From Fimbriosthenelais zetlandica (lineage: Eukaryota): a DNA stretch of 64,000 bases. Under the pieces are notes generated by a model that saw nothing but the letters and a program-made list of their open reading frames with translations, made no database searches and was not told the DNA's origin. Numbering within the stretch: position 1 is the stretch's first letter; each line of letters opens with the position of its first letter. The position numbers were made by a program, and so were the translations under genes. The stretch spans positions 12,772,001 to 12,836,000 of the forward strand of contig OZ365113.1 of assembly GCA_977030845.1 (NCBI GenBank). The letters are read 5' to 3'. This document shows, piece by piece, positions 12,813 to 26,200 of this stretch.

Positions 12813-15800
12813 TAATAGATATATTTCATGGACCAGCTGATGTAATGTATATTACATAATGAAAGCACTAATGAAATCCTCTTCATTCTTTTGTGAGTTA
12901 ATACTCTGTGTTGTTTAGTATCTTGAGGAGAGCCCTTATTATTTCTTGCGGGCACACACACAGTGGTGATATTGTTTGGTGATGAATCCAAGAGCCTGAC
13001 AACTAAGCCATGAGTAGCATGTAGGGCCACCATAGACAAGGCTGAGCTGCTGTCTTGCTGCTTGTCTCGCCAGAGTACATTAATAGCTTTCTACTCAGGA
13101 ATGCCACCGCCAGATACCAGTTAGAACTTACCAAGAGATATTCGTGCACTAAAATGTGCATGGTAATGTAAACCTGGGGTAGGTGGAATGTCTTATTAAT
13201 AATTCCGCTTGAAATCATGGGGCGAACAGGCACGAAAGATATATTGGAAACCAAACACATCATGCAGGAACAAATGCCTCGATGATGGATGTATTGAACA
13301 TAGAACTTCATCCTAGTTCAATGAACGGAAATGTCTTGGTGAGAGAGCTTATAGCAAGGTGATCAAGTGATATCTGATAGGATCTGCTCAGCTCATTGAC
13401 ACAATACTTTGAAGTTCATACATCGGGAGGGAACCAAAGTTCTAAAAGACTTATATTTAAGCTTCATCATGAGACAACGTCAGCTTGTGGATTCACATGA
13501 CTTTGTGTTGCCTTATATAAGAAGCGGCCCGGCTAGACAAAGGATCTACCACCTGATTCATTATTTTGAGCAGAAAAAAAACGTTTCTTGTCTCTCTACA
13601 TCTTCCTTTCTTGCATCTGATGATAATAACAATGTGCAAAGCATAAGACCAAGTTCGTCATCTCATACACTGAAAAGTCTGGTCCTTTAAAAGATGTCAG
13701 GGATGTTCAGCCTGGTGTCAAGTCGATTACTATCCTGTTAAATGTTTGTAAAATAAAAGCTAAAAGATTTTAAATCCAAAAGCAGACATTTGACATTCTA
13801 AGATATTGTTATAAGGAGTGCACTATAAAAGGCAAACGGTATAGGGAATTGTTGAGACGGGTGAAAGGGAGACCTGTGGGCTCAATCATGGGTGTAGTCT
13901 TTTCCTAGTGTTTGCCCTGAGGCATGTGTTTTCATCTGATATGCCTGAGGTCATATCAATTCCTTGCCAGGAGTTAGAGCTTGGTGTAGGGAGTGACATG
14001 TTTGGGCGTTTGTCCAGAGGAAAAACAGATTTGGTTTCATGTCTTGAAGCAATAATCTGAAGGCATGACGTCTCACAAACGTTTCCCACAAACGCTTCAT
14101 AGCGATTTGGCGCAGAGAGATTAGGATTTCCATGCATAATTATTTTTCTTAAATCTATACGCAATCTAGAATTAAGAAGTGAGCCCTTAAATAATTGCTG
14201 AAATTCACTTTATCCTTCCAAACCCATGCAGTGCTTTAATCGTTATGAGAGAGCGCTGATAACCACATCAGAGGCTGATGAAAAGAATTTGACAAAGCCT
14301 TGTCAGCAAAGGCGAATTTTTGCATTAACCGGATACAAAAGACATTCTATCCCTTCTCCAGAAAGCTTTTTACACTTAATTTAAAATTTGATCGATAGCA
14401 GCGCAAAAATGCTAGGACTTTTAGGTAGATCATTTCAGAATCGGAAATTGTTCTTGCTATCATATTCAAGAAGAAAGAGGATACGACACAAGATGGCGTT
14501 TGACCGATCATGTTGAAACTGAGGCCAGAAGAAGTGTTCAAGATTCCTTCTGTAAGACTAATCCAGGACCTAATTATCCACTAAATAAATCCACAAAATA
14601 CAATGTATGTACAAGCATCTTCTATTATCTCGTCAATTCAACTTGATTGAATACCTTATTCATGACTTGAAAGAAACTATAATCAGTTAGGTCGCCTTGA
14701 AGGCACTTCTAGAAGACGGTCAATGACTTCCATGATAAGAGATCCTGAAGAGATTCCCATAGACAGAATTATATATATGGATTTACATCCCGGTTAAAAC
14801 AATAATCCTAAATGAACCGGGAGGCAAATGCCTATAGATTTGCTCAAGAGCAAAAGAAACTGATGAAAGCTTCTGTGTATAGTCATCATTTAAACATTAA
14901 TCCACATTCTGAGAAGCTCTTTGTTACTTTGAGCGGCGAAATGAATATAGAAAAATGTATCATATACTAGTATACCGTGCTATAAGGTGGAGGAACAGAA
15001 AAATATCTCTCGATCGGTAACCGTGTTATAAGTGGAATGAAAAGCCAAGGCAGCAGAAGGAGGAGGGCTGAACAATGTCTCTCTGGCAAAGACCCAGCCT
15101 CCCACTTACCAGGCTACTTACAGAGACGGGCCTGAGCAATGAACCACTTATAGAAAACCCATCTGAGCAAACTAAGCTTTGTTTTCTCTGCTCCAATCTA
15201 ATATCTGTGTCTATCAGAGCAAAGACTTTGTCCAAGCTCGACTTCAACTTTAAACCCTGGAAGTAGTCTGCCCTTTGTTCTTAGCATGCGTAGCAAGTTG
15301 ACACTGCTTATGGAAAGATGTGCCGCACTCCAAATGGTATCATGGAGAGCACTGCAGTTTGCATGTACTGCTTAATCCATGTTTTCTTTATCAATAAAAA
15401 ATATTACATAATGACTTTAGTAAAAAGCATTACAAAGAATCATAGTTTTACATGCAGTTTTCCTGACAAGCTCAATGTAGAATACTGGTAGCTACAACTA
15501 AAATGAAGTACCAGCAGGATGCTTAGAAATATTTGAAGCTTGGAATTCTTTTAAAGAAATGCTCACATGCAAGTCCTTTCCACCCGGAACAAATTTGTCT
15601 TGAAATATGCCATTCAGTCAGGTTTAGGGATAAATATAACCCTTGATGAATGATTTCCTGTACCTTGATTTTTCTTCCGATGATTTACATGGCATGTCTG
15701 ACTGTTTTTGTTTCAGCGGGGAAATTATGGAATAAGTTCTTCGAGTGACTATTTTCGCGAGAGCCTTCAACCAAGGAGTTATGATGCATAAAACGTTTAT

Positions 15801-18800
15801 AAGCCGTTAAACGTATATTTTTTTTCAAATAACTCAACTCAGCGCCACTCTGTAATTGGGAATGTGTCAAGAGAAAGGAAAGAAAGAAATTAAATACTTT
15901 TGTTCTAAAGTGTTAACATTATGAATGTTTTAGTTGATTTTCACATTGATAAAATTCTACATCTTGGCTCTGAATATCTGTATAACACTTTTATCATTTT
16001 ATAATTTCGCCCTGTATCGAAGAATTGTTGGTCGACAATTTCCAATGCATAAACATTTAATCCATATAATTATTGGCATTGTATGGCTCAGCCAAAACCT
16101 CGTGCCCTACCACAAGAAATCTTATTATCTGGACGTTTTATTTCCTGGAATAAAGTAAAAGTTTTGACTGACCTACCTGAGGATGATGAGCTGCTCCGTG
16201 AACTAAAGATATCCTGAATGTGTCTTGGTGAGTTTTGGGGAGGGGGGGGGGGGAGTACCAGCACACGTTGACAACCTGGCGCCAGGTGAAGGTATGAAGC
16301 TAGTCTCCTCTTTTCTCTCCCTCTTCTCTATCCGCCTCTAGCCGCTGCAGGAGCTCAGGCAATATTGCTGGTTGGCATCACATGAGTTGCTCCTGCTACT
16401 CCCGACATCTGCGCTTGGAGGTGTCGAGCAGTTGGCCAACACGAGCATCTGCATTCTGACCCCATATGACAGATGGCCGTCAGTGGTCATACAATGTGGT
16501 CTCTACTGATTGCAACACAGCCAATTCTCCCTTTCAAGCAGTCATCATCAGCCATATTGAATCAACAGATTGCTCTACACGATTGGTTCTTGGTTTGATA
16601 CAACTATCGATGGACCTAATACAAAAGAGAATAATATTAATGCATTAGACATTTAACATCTTGATAATTTCTGTTTTAATTTGTAGACCTTAATTATTAC
16701 GGACAGCATAATTAAGAAAAACCAGTAAGCTTTTCCTAAAGCACTTTGTGTTGGAGGAAAAATGCCCAAGATAATTTAACCAATTTGCTAACCTCATGCC
16801 AGAGATGGTACCATCAAATGGCATGTCGTTTTTAACATGAGTAGAACATTAGTTCCTGAGTACATCCTCCAAAGATAACAGCTGGGTAGCCTGAAGATGT
16901 TGCAATGTCATAACCCACCATGAGATGTCCACGCCCCTGGCAATTGTCTTTCCATTTAGGCAGGCTGTACATGTTACTGTATCTCCGTTATATGCACCAG
17001 TTTCAAACCAGGTGGAAACTATATTCATTACCAGAACATGGTTCCTACAAAAGATCCTAAAGATCCTACTGAATTAATTAGAAGAGTACTGTATAATATA
17101 GTCCATCTTGTCTAATCTGCATCAACACAGAATGAAAAAGACAATCTGAATGTTTCGTATCTCACTTTCGGATCACATTAATTACGTTGGTTGAAAGCAA
17201 AGCTGATTTTTCTCATATTGTTTTTTTTAACATTATTATTTTTTTTTTTAAAGATTTTGGAGAAAATGTGTTTTGATAAGGATGTTGCCTTCCCTTTAGA
17301 TTCTCTGTGTGATCCCTCTGATTGTTGGAGGGCACCCATTTGTTCTGTAACTGTTGCATGTCTGTTCTGTATTAATCCTGATAGAAATACGAGACAGGTT
17401 TTCCCCAGGGGCAGACCCGTGTTTGTTGGACGAACAAAGGCATGATCTGACCGGCCTACAAGACCTTTAGTATAGAAGTTTGTGCACTCCAACAAACCCT
17501 TTATGTCGCTACTCATATATTGACTACTGTACCTCGTTAGGTAAACCCTAAATGTGTCATTCGTGCTCACCAATTCATGATAACCCAGGTATAAATTACT
17601 CCATGCCATGGGATGCCTGGCAGATATTCCATATGAGAACATAATTATAGGAATCATGGCCTCATAAAAATTGTTTCTAAACACATTCTTATATAAAAGA
17701 AATAAAGTGACTGACGTCTGAGGGTAAAGGTAAGACACGTTAAAACTGGTGGCTGTCAACACATGTGAAGCCTGTCATCTAGGAGAGAGAAAGGTCTTTC
17801 GGTTCTTGTGCGTTAATGTCAGCAGGTGATGGATTGTTCCACATGGAATTGTGAGTGATAAAGGCAATCACTGTGGTCATTACTATGGAAACATCGAATA
17901 CAAGCAGGGTCCTGACCAGAAGAGGATAGGTAATAATCAGCATAAAGCCAACTTACTGTCTACCACAGGATGGATGCTGAGCACTTCTTCAAGGATGCAA
18001 TTCTCTATGATTAGGAGTCTGGATTGACTGCAAGTTAGGAAGAGGACTTCTATGACTTGTTCATATAAAATGATGCACTACATTTGCTCATGGTAATCCT
18101 AGGGATTATAATTATGAGCAAAGAGTTAGGCTACTGGGGCGAGTGGTGTCGTAAAAAGCGGCCTAAAATTATATTACATATCATGAGGATGGCCATTATG
18201 TACATGCATGACACTGATCCGAACAGGAATGACACACATAGATTTCAGAAGTGCCCTCGTGAACCCCTCATAAGTTCCCTGTTAGAATTAGCTTAGGTTA
18301 AGCTGGAGGAATGCACCAAACCTTCTTCAAGACAATAATTATAATTCCATCAGACTCAGGAGTGCAGGATCTCAGCTCCGTTAAGTGCGTTTAGATCGCA
18401 TTGGATTTATGTCAAGTGCATTGAGATTTCGAGAAGCACATCTCTTCAGTTGGAAACTTGTTCTCAGCAGCTTGTTGTGAGAAGGCCAATACGTAATCTC
18501 CACCAAGCATGGAGCAAAGGCCTTTAAAAAGTCAAATTAAATCAAATATTTTGCCGTAGAAAAGCTGAACATTTTGCATTTCTATGATTATACGGGCCTA
18601 GTGACTTTATGCGACGTACTATGACAAATGTGACGTACTATCGTTATTCTAAACACCCATTGACTCGATTGAGCATTGCAGATTACAAAAAAAAATAATG
18701 CTGATCTATTGGAGCAGATGAATACGGTAAGCTAATTCCACGAGAAATGAGCATTCATGTCCTATCAAAAATCTCTGAAGCATTCATATGATATTGCATT

Positions 18801-21800
18801 TCCAGGTACAGTATCTAAAGGCGGGAGATCTTGGCGATCTATTACTATTAGAGAGGCACGTGCTCTATGGCCGTACCTTTGGATACTGGGGAGGACACGT
18901 TTCTGAAATGAATAGAGTCATGGGTGTATATGTGCTGAAGGTTGAAGACTCTTCTACTAGTTCTAGAAGGATTGATGCTGTAAGTCAGGGAGTCAGTATA
19001 ATTCATAGGTCCTCTCTTTCAAGATCAAAAGGGTAAAACCTAAATATATACTTGAAGGATGTATTAAGTGTCAAGTGTCATCCATAGTGTCAATTACATA
19101 GATGACGTGAACAGTGCTCAAAGCGCAACTTATAGCCTACTCTGGGATTTCGTGAAAATTCTATATTTAGATAGAATAAAGAGAGAACTTTTGCCCTGGT
19201 ATACCTCTCGCGGTATGTTTGGGACATTCTGTCTTTATATCAGTATGCCACTATCTTGTGCACAGCTCTAATGGCGTCATAACGTCGTCAACAAAAATGA
19301 CGTTAACAACGCTCTATAATGCTGGGTTACATCTTTACATCCCGCAAGATGTAGATTTGACATTTTTCCCCATGTAGGCTACATCCCCCATGTTCGGTTT
19401 AGGCCTATAGCCTACAAACCAACTAGGCCTATAGTCTCATGCAACACAGAATCGAAAAGCACATGATAATGTTATTGACAGTTGCATGATGAAAATTGAC
19501 TGGTCCATATTCATCATGGTATCTTCACATTCCAATTCACACGAGGCAAACCTGGGATCTGGGATTGAGGCAGGAAAACAGTGTGTTATGGGGAAAATTA
19601 ATGGGAGGACCAGGCCCTCGAGCCCATGGTACAGTGGCAGGTGATTTGTAACCACTTTTACTGCAATCTCTTTGTCACAACAGATTCAGGACTTCGGAGC
19701 TGATAGGTGAAAAACGTTGTCCTTTTCCCGAAAGGTCATTTCACCAACAGTAACAGATATATCAATATATTTCGTTTTTTTATCTTAAAGCCAGGAGTAC
19801 ACAACATATCAATTGCCTCTTGATTACAGAAAATCCTATAAGTTCCAGGCAGTAAATCTTTACCTAAGGGCGTGGCAATCAATGTAATGAATTGACAAGA
19901 ATTATATTCTATCGTTCTAGCCTTTAGGGTATATTGACGAATTCCTCCTTTGCCATTATATTGTTGGAGAATGCTTCACACTTCCATTAGTGGTAAAAGA
20001 AACAAAATTTATTAGAGTCGGCGATGGGTAGGCTACTAAGATATGTTTAAATGGTTCGTCCTTGGAACTTATCCGGAGATGGAAGGGGTAGTTACTGTTC
20101 TCCATTTGCCTAATAGCTTTATTAATCCGTTATATGTACATTTTATATGTATCCACAGCTTATATATGATGGTCGACGTCAGTCCAGGCAAAAAATAACA
20201 AATGAAATGTCCATCAATCAATGATGGTTGGGGTGGTGGTATAAGCAGGACCGAATCAGTAATCGTAAACTGATATTAGACATTACCTTAAATATATATG
20301 GTCGACACTGCTATTACCACCAGCTACAACAAAAATAGGGTATATGGCGAATCGGATAGAAGACACTCTGAAGGTCCTTATAAAGAATCATTATAGCTTC
20401 CGGGAAGCAGATGAGGAGCAAGAACAAGGTTATCAGGAGCCAGTCAGTTGAGGAGCAGAAACTAGCATGCAGCCCTGAGTAGGCCTATAGTTCAGTTCAA
20501 ATGCATGAGTATAACTCGATTCACCGATAAACTGTCCATGTACAACTCACATACATGTAATATATCAAATTGATGTCTACATTCCCAAACATTCCCTTTT
20601 TCTTTTTTCTATCTGCAGTTTTACTATAATGCCCTCAGTAGTTCGTAGTTATATATGGACCAAGCTGACCAATGAATATAAAAATTGATTAGCGATTACC
20701 TGTCTCTTTACTCATGTTGTCAATAAAAAGTGATTATGGCCTAAAAGCGTCCGCATTTACACTGCCAAAAGATAAATTGGCATCTGTGTGCACGGAAGGC
20801 AGGCACGCAATGCACTATGGATGTTCTTAAATATACAATGACAAGGCTGGGTCCCTTAATGATGAACCCAAATCATTCCCAACCAATTCACCATTCACAG
20901 GATACAACAAATGTTCTAATCAACCAAACCTAAATCGCTTTCATTCCTGCTCTGTGACAAGGTTTAGATCCTTTGTTTTCAAACAAGTTTCCTGCATGGG
21001 CTACAGAGGAACGAGAGCATTATATTATAAACATTTGTCGGGTATCTCGGACCACCAATATATATGTTTCTAACTAGCGACATCTCTATACCCTTCAACA
21101 CTGTTCCTTGCTTGCTTTCTACTTTCTTTGAAACAGGCTTCTTACAGGAGGTATCCCGACCTCCTCTTGCCCCGTCCTACACCATACCGGCTCCCTTCAC
21201 ATGTTGTCGAGCCCTCCAAGATAAAGCCCTTCGTATTCGGGCCCTTTAGGCAGTGATTCGATTGGGGCATCATGGAGGTGGTAGGAGGGTGATTACTTCA
21301 GTTACTTTGATGTGGATTTCTTCTGGGTGCCCCTGACAACATGGCCACTGTGAACCTACCCTAATACAAGATGAAGGAAAGGCCAAAGGAACAGAATTGC
21401 CTCTGGTTCATTTCAGGTTTCCTACAACTGGCCTCAATGAGGAAAAAGGCTTCTGAACCAATGCCAAGGAAACATATCACATATTCCTGCTTTCATTTTT
21501 GAAAATAGAATTGACCCCGAGGGGAATTTCCTTTCTATGATTGTGTCACATCTCTCCTTCTGTCTCCGGCACACTCGTCTTTCAGGATTTCTTGCAAGTA
21601 TTGTCATGTGCACCGATGTGAAAAACAAAGTGTGACATACAAGTTGATTGAAGGAGAGCAAGGGCCTATTCAGCAAGTTTCAGTTACGCTTATCGACGAT
21701 GCCTGATGCTTCAACAACCCTTTGTGCTGTATTTGATGTTAGATCATTGATTGAAATGGCTGGGATACTAAGCTACACTTCAAAATGTAATCAGAATCAT

Positions 21801-23001
21801 TAATCTCTCTCGTTCATGACCTGCAATGCAATTGGCTCCATATCACATTCATAGTTGCTTTTCTACATTCCAAAAGATTGTGCCTGTCATATATAGGTGC
21901 CCCATGGAGCCAATGAACAAGCTTTTCATCAATATTGTTCTTTCAGCAGTGCTTTGTCCCAATATTCGGAGAACTTATATACCATACAAAGTTAGAACTT
22001 CAATTTTCAAAACTCCAAGATCAAAATGTGTCCAAAAGCAATTGTTAAACTTCATGCAGAACAACAAAAATTGAACACAGTGTAAATATTTGCTGGTGGG
22101 GACACACAGACGGATTTCAATAAATTTGAAAAAATCTAAATTAGTTGCCTTTCCTTGATGAACGCATTGCCAGCCCTTTAAAACTTTAAAAATTGGCAAT
22201 GTCAGTCCGAAAACAAAAGGTGAAGTTTTTCATTGATTTTTATTCGCTTTAATGAAGACAACCATAAGTGTATTTGACAACTCGTTGAGAGTATTGGATA
22301 TCCAATCCATATGAGACGCTCTCAGAGTATTTTTTTCTTAAAATATTTGTTGTTTTTTTTACATTTCGATCCCACTGGTCACTTATGAATGCAATTGACA
22401 GCAATAGCTGTTATTATCATCGCTTAAATAATTGATTTTCTTCAGGACTACTCAGTTACCAATCGAAGTCTGAAGTTCCCGTCAATAGAGTTTATGAAAA
22501 CTCGACTGAAATGAAATATTAACTGTCAGATCATAGTGTTGAAAAGTGCCGAGTATGAAATCCCATATGAACTGCGGCTATAGTGTTCTGAATTGAAAAA
22601 AATGAATTCCTTTATCACCCATGAGAGAGACATGGTTCCCTAGCCTAAAAGGTTATTATCAGATTGATTCCCAACCAGGCGTGAGGCCACCTTTCTCCTC
22701 TTCTCCATTTGTATTAGGCGTCACTCAATGTTTTTGTGCACAGCTAGTATTTCATTTAAATGGAAACGCCCATCAACTTGATAATGGTTTCATTAAAAAG
22801 ACATCCCAGTGACCGAGGTCACCCACGGAAAACACAGCAGTCGTTTTATGTTCACACCAAATCAGGGATGTAAGGTGGGAAGAAAGTGGACATTTCTAAA
22901 TGCTGTATAAGTGGGGAAATTGGGAGATGGAAGTGAAAATACAGAAAAGGGCGGGGATTAGATGATGGGGAAACTCAGGATCACAGGACTGGTCAAGAGC
23001 A

Positions 23002-23274
23002 GAGCAATATGAAGCTGGGTACGGGTTCACGGTTCAATATTCAAAAATCCTGAAAACAAAAAACTAGCTCCCTATAATGCTGTGATGCCCCGGAGGACAT
23101 ACTAAATTAGAGGTTAAATGAGTCCTCCAGGGTGGATGGGTCCTCCAGGGTCGATTAGTAGTATTGACTATTTCCTCCTGGGAGTATGAAAGCATTAGGG
23201 AGCTAGATCTTTGTTTTCAGGAATTTGGATACTAAACCGTGTACCGTGAACCCGTACCCAACTTCATGTTGCTC
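23002..23274. mobile_element. Foldback/MITE element with ~95 bp imperfect inverted arms
   Basis: Arm gagcaatatgaagctgggtacgggttcacggt...cctgaaaacaaa...ctagctccc...ggagga is mirrored at about 23173-23274; the centre has a direct repeat gtcctccagggt x2. Confidence 0.85.
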
Positions 23275-26200
23275 AAGAAGCGTTCGTACTAGCTCTAATA
23301 GCTTCCGAGCAAATGTGAACAGACCACCTAATGTAACGCCTTTTCGTTTAGGAAGAATATATATATATAAGCCTATATATATGCGCTTTTGTTGTTCCAA
23401 AACATAGGGGAATGGGAAGGGGAAATCCCTTCAACAAGCAAAAAGAACTTAAAGGCCTTATTGGAGGAACTCACATATCAGACATCAGCCTGCTCATAGA
23501 CTTGGCCAAATAAGTACATCTTTATTATATAACGTTCCCGTCTTAAAAGACTGCTAAGCTCTGGCAAAAACTTCACAGATTTTTTTTTGAGGCACCCTTA
23601 AAAGTATAACGTCACTGTACTTGAATGGACGGCCAGACAAGAGAACGTTACAGACGACATCAGCTTTGTTAGGCCTACATGAAATTTCTTTCAGAGTCAG
23701 TACTCTCACCAGAGCTTCCTTAGATCACAATGGTGTTGAGCTGTATTTGCCTATTGATCCCATCAGTTTACTTGCAGCTATAGTTGACTGTTTAGGAAGT
23801 GATATTTGGCTGCACTAACTGTCTCTGAATTCGGAATCAAACCAACAACGAAAACTGAGGATGTATCTTCTTTCACACTGAAAGAGATTGTCCATCAGAA
23901 TCCATGTGGGACCCATTTGAGAAGGAAGCGATACCTTAAGTGGTACACTTACCATTAAATAGAGACTCTTAGGAAATAGACCCTGAAAATCTCTACAACA
24001 CCTCAATATCATTACATACATGTTGAGGCTCTGATGGATATAATATTATAGATCATTATGGCATTAGGAGAGTGAAGCTAAATTCATAGACAGAAAAACA
24101 TTCAGGCATACTCAGGTAACAAGCAGTTGAAAAACTAATGGAGCCAGAATCAGTTTGGGAATAGCTTTACATAAAATAAGTCATACTCTATAATGCTGAT
24201 GCTGAATGTATAGATATATATTATATTATATCTACAGAATAGATTCCCTCCTCAGCAACTTTATCATTCATTGACAACACATACTCAGAAATGTAGATTC
24301 TACATTTTGATATATCATCCCATGAATTTCTGCCATGGAGACAGCATCATGAAGGAAAAATGTGATTTGTTAGTTCAATGTGAACTGGCAGAACATTTAG
24401 CCAAGTTTTGGTCATGGCAATCGGGGGCCTTTTTCAAAATCGAGAAAGAAATTTGATACTCCCATAAAGGTATACTATTGGCCAATATATAGCACATCTT
24501 TGTTATGAATCAGACCCCAGGTATTTGCAAGGAGGCGAACCACCTCCTACGACAAGTGATTAAATGTATGTCTTTAGCTACTGGACCCCAGAGCCTTCCA
24601 GGCAGGTACATGTGCCATTCCATGAATTCCAAGTACTTCAAGTAAATTGAGAAAGGAGAAAATAAACAATCACACTCGGAAATGAGCTTCCTGTGGCCAT
24701 GCAAGATAGCCTTCAATAGCCTTCAATGTAATCCTGATCAATTATAGGCTACTTCTCTCATTCTTAAAGACAATTCTTATATTTCGCATTTTGTAATCTT
24801 CGTAATTTCTGCTCATGGTATCTGCATATGAAATTTCAGATTGCTGTAAAATGAGCCCAGATGACCAAATACGAATTACGTGAACTGCAATGGGAGACCT
24901 CAATGTGTATAATAGCACGATATCTGACCACAGGTGGTTTTAGGTTTATATTCTAAAACAATGAAATAACACTTTATCTGTCACTAATTCAATGAACATA
25001 TAGATCTAATATAACATCAATAGAAGAACAGTACTTAGCGGATAATATACCAACATATATATACATTTACATGTACAGTTTTATTTATACATGTATTTTC
25101 TTGGATAAATCCAGGCATCTTGACCACACCTCTGAGCAAAGAGAAAATGATGGTTTCACTATAATTGGATCCCATGCTCTAATGCGGATGAATGTTTTCA
25201 TCCTCAGTCTTTGGAGTTCTATGTTGAATCAAGGACAGTGATTAATTGTAGGAATCACACAGCTGTGGGTCCTTTTGTTGAATCTTTCTATTAAATAATA
25301 AAACATTGCGCAGAGTTATGATATGGCATTACCATACCTGAATTTTAAAATGGTCATGAATTCGCATATTTATTACACTGTGGAAAAGAGCTCATTCGAA
25401 ATACAATGCTTCGAATAATAATTAACGAAGGTCACTAAACCAATTCCCTTTTACACATCAAATTTTAACTAAATATCCCAATTGCCAGCTCTGAATAATT
25501 CATTGCCACCCTTCCCTGAACTCGCTCCCCAGCATTTTTCTTCCTTTTGCGAATATCAAGGTTTGCTGCCTGGTATTTCAGACTTTCCTTTGGTAACACT
25601 TGAGTAACACTCCCCAAAGAGGTTTATATGAAGAGAAATTGGTAAATGACCAAGGCTGGGTGTACCCAGTCAGTTATCATTGCCTAATGAGGCAGAATAT
25701 GCACTCAATTCCAAGTTAATTGCACATTGTAGAGCAGAATAATGTCTGGTGAACTGGAGGGGGGCACTTTCATAGTATCGTTGTCGTGGGTGTTCAAATT
25801 GGCCTTGAAGAGCCAAATGAATATTGATTACAAATGGGCATGAAAGCATAATCAAACTCATTCATATTCATTTTCTATTGTTGGTTTTTTGACAACGGAA
25901 TGTCACTGACTGAAAACAATTCACTAACATCATCTCTCCGGGAATATCAATTATTTCAACATTAATTACTCAGTAGGAGTATTTGGCATGACTACTCTCC
26001 ATACAAAATAAATTAATGATTATACTTTTTCTTCCCCAAATATTTTACTAATAGCAATCGCTCACTTTCGTTTGAGTATCCCTGGGTGACATGGAAAGAG
26101 AAATCTGTTGACATGTAACACCGGAGGCCCGTTTCAAAGGGAACGAAAGCAGTGCTAAGTCTACATGTATGGCTTATGAGTATTCGATTTGAAACAGGCT

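Noticed and set aside
17840-18290. GIVSDKG (integrase-like) and HRFQKCP (Mutator-like) motifs
   Set aside because: Short, in different frames and without the remaining catalytic residues.
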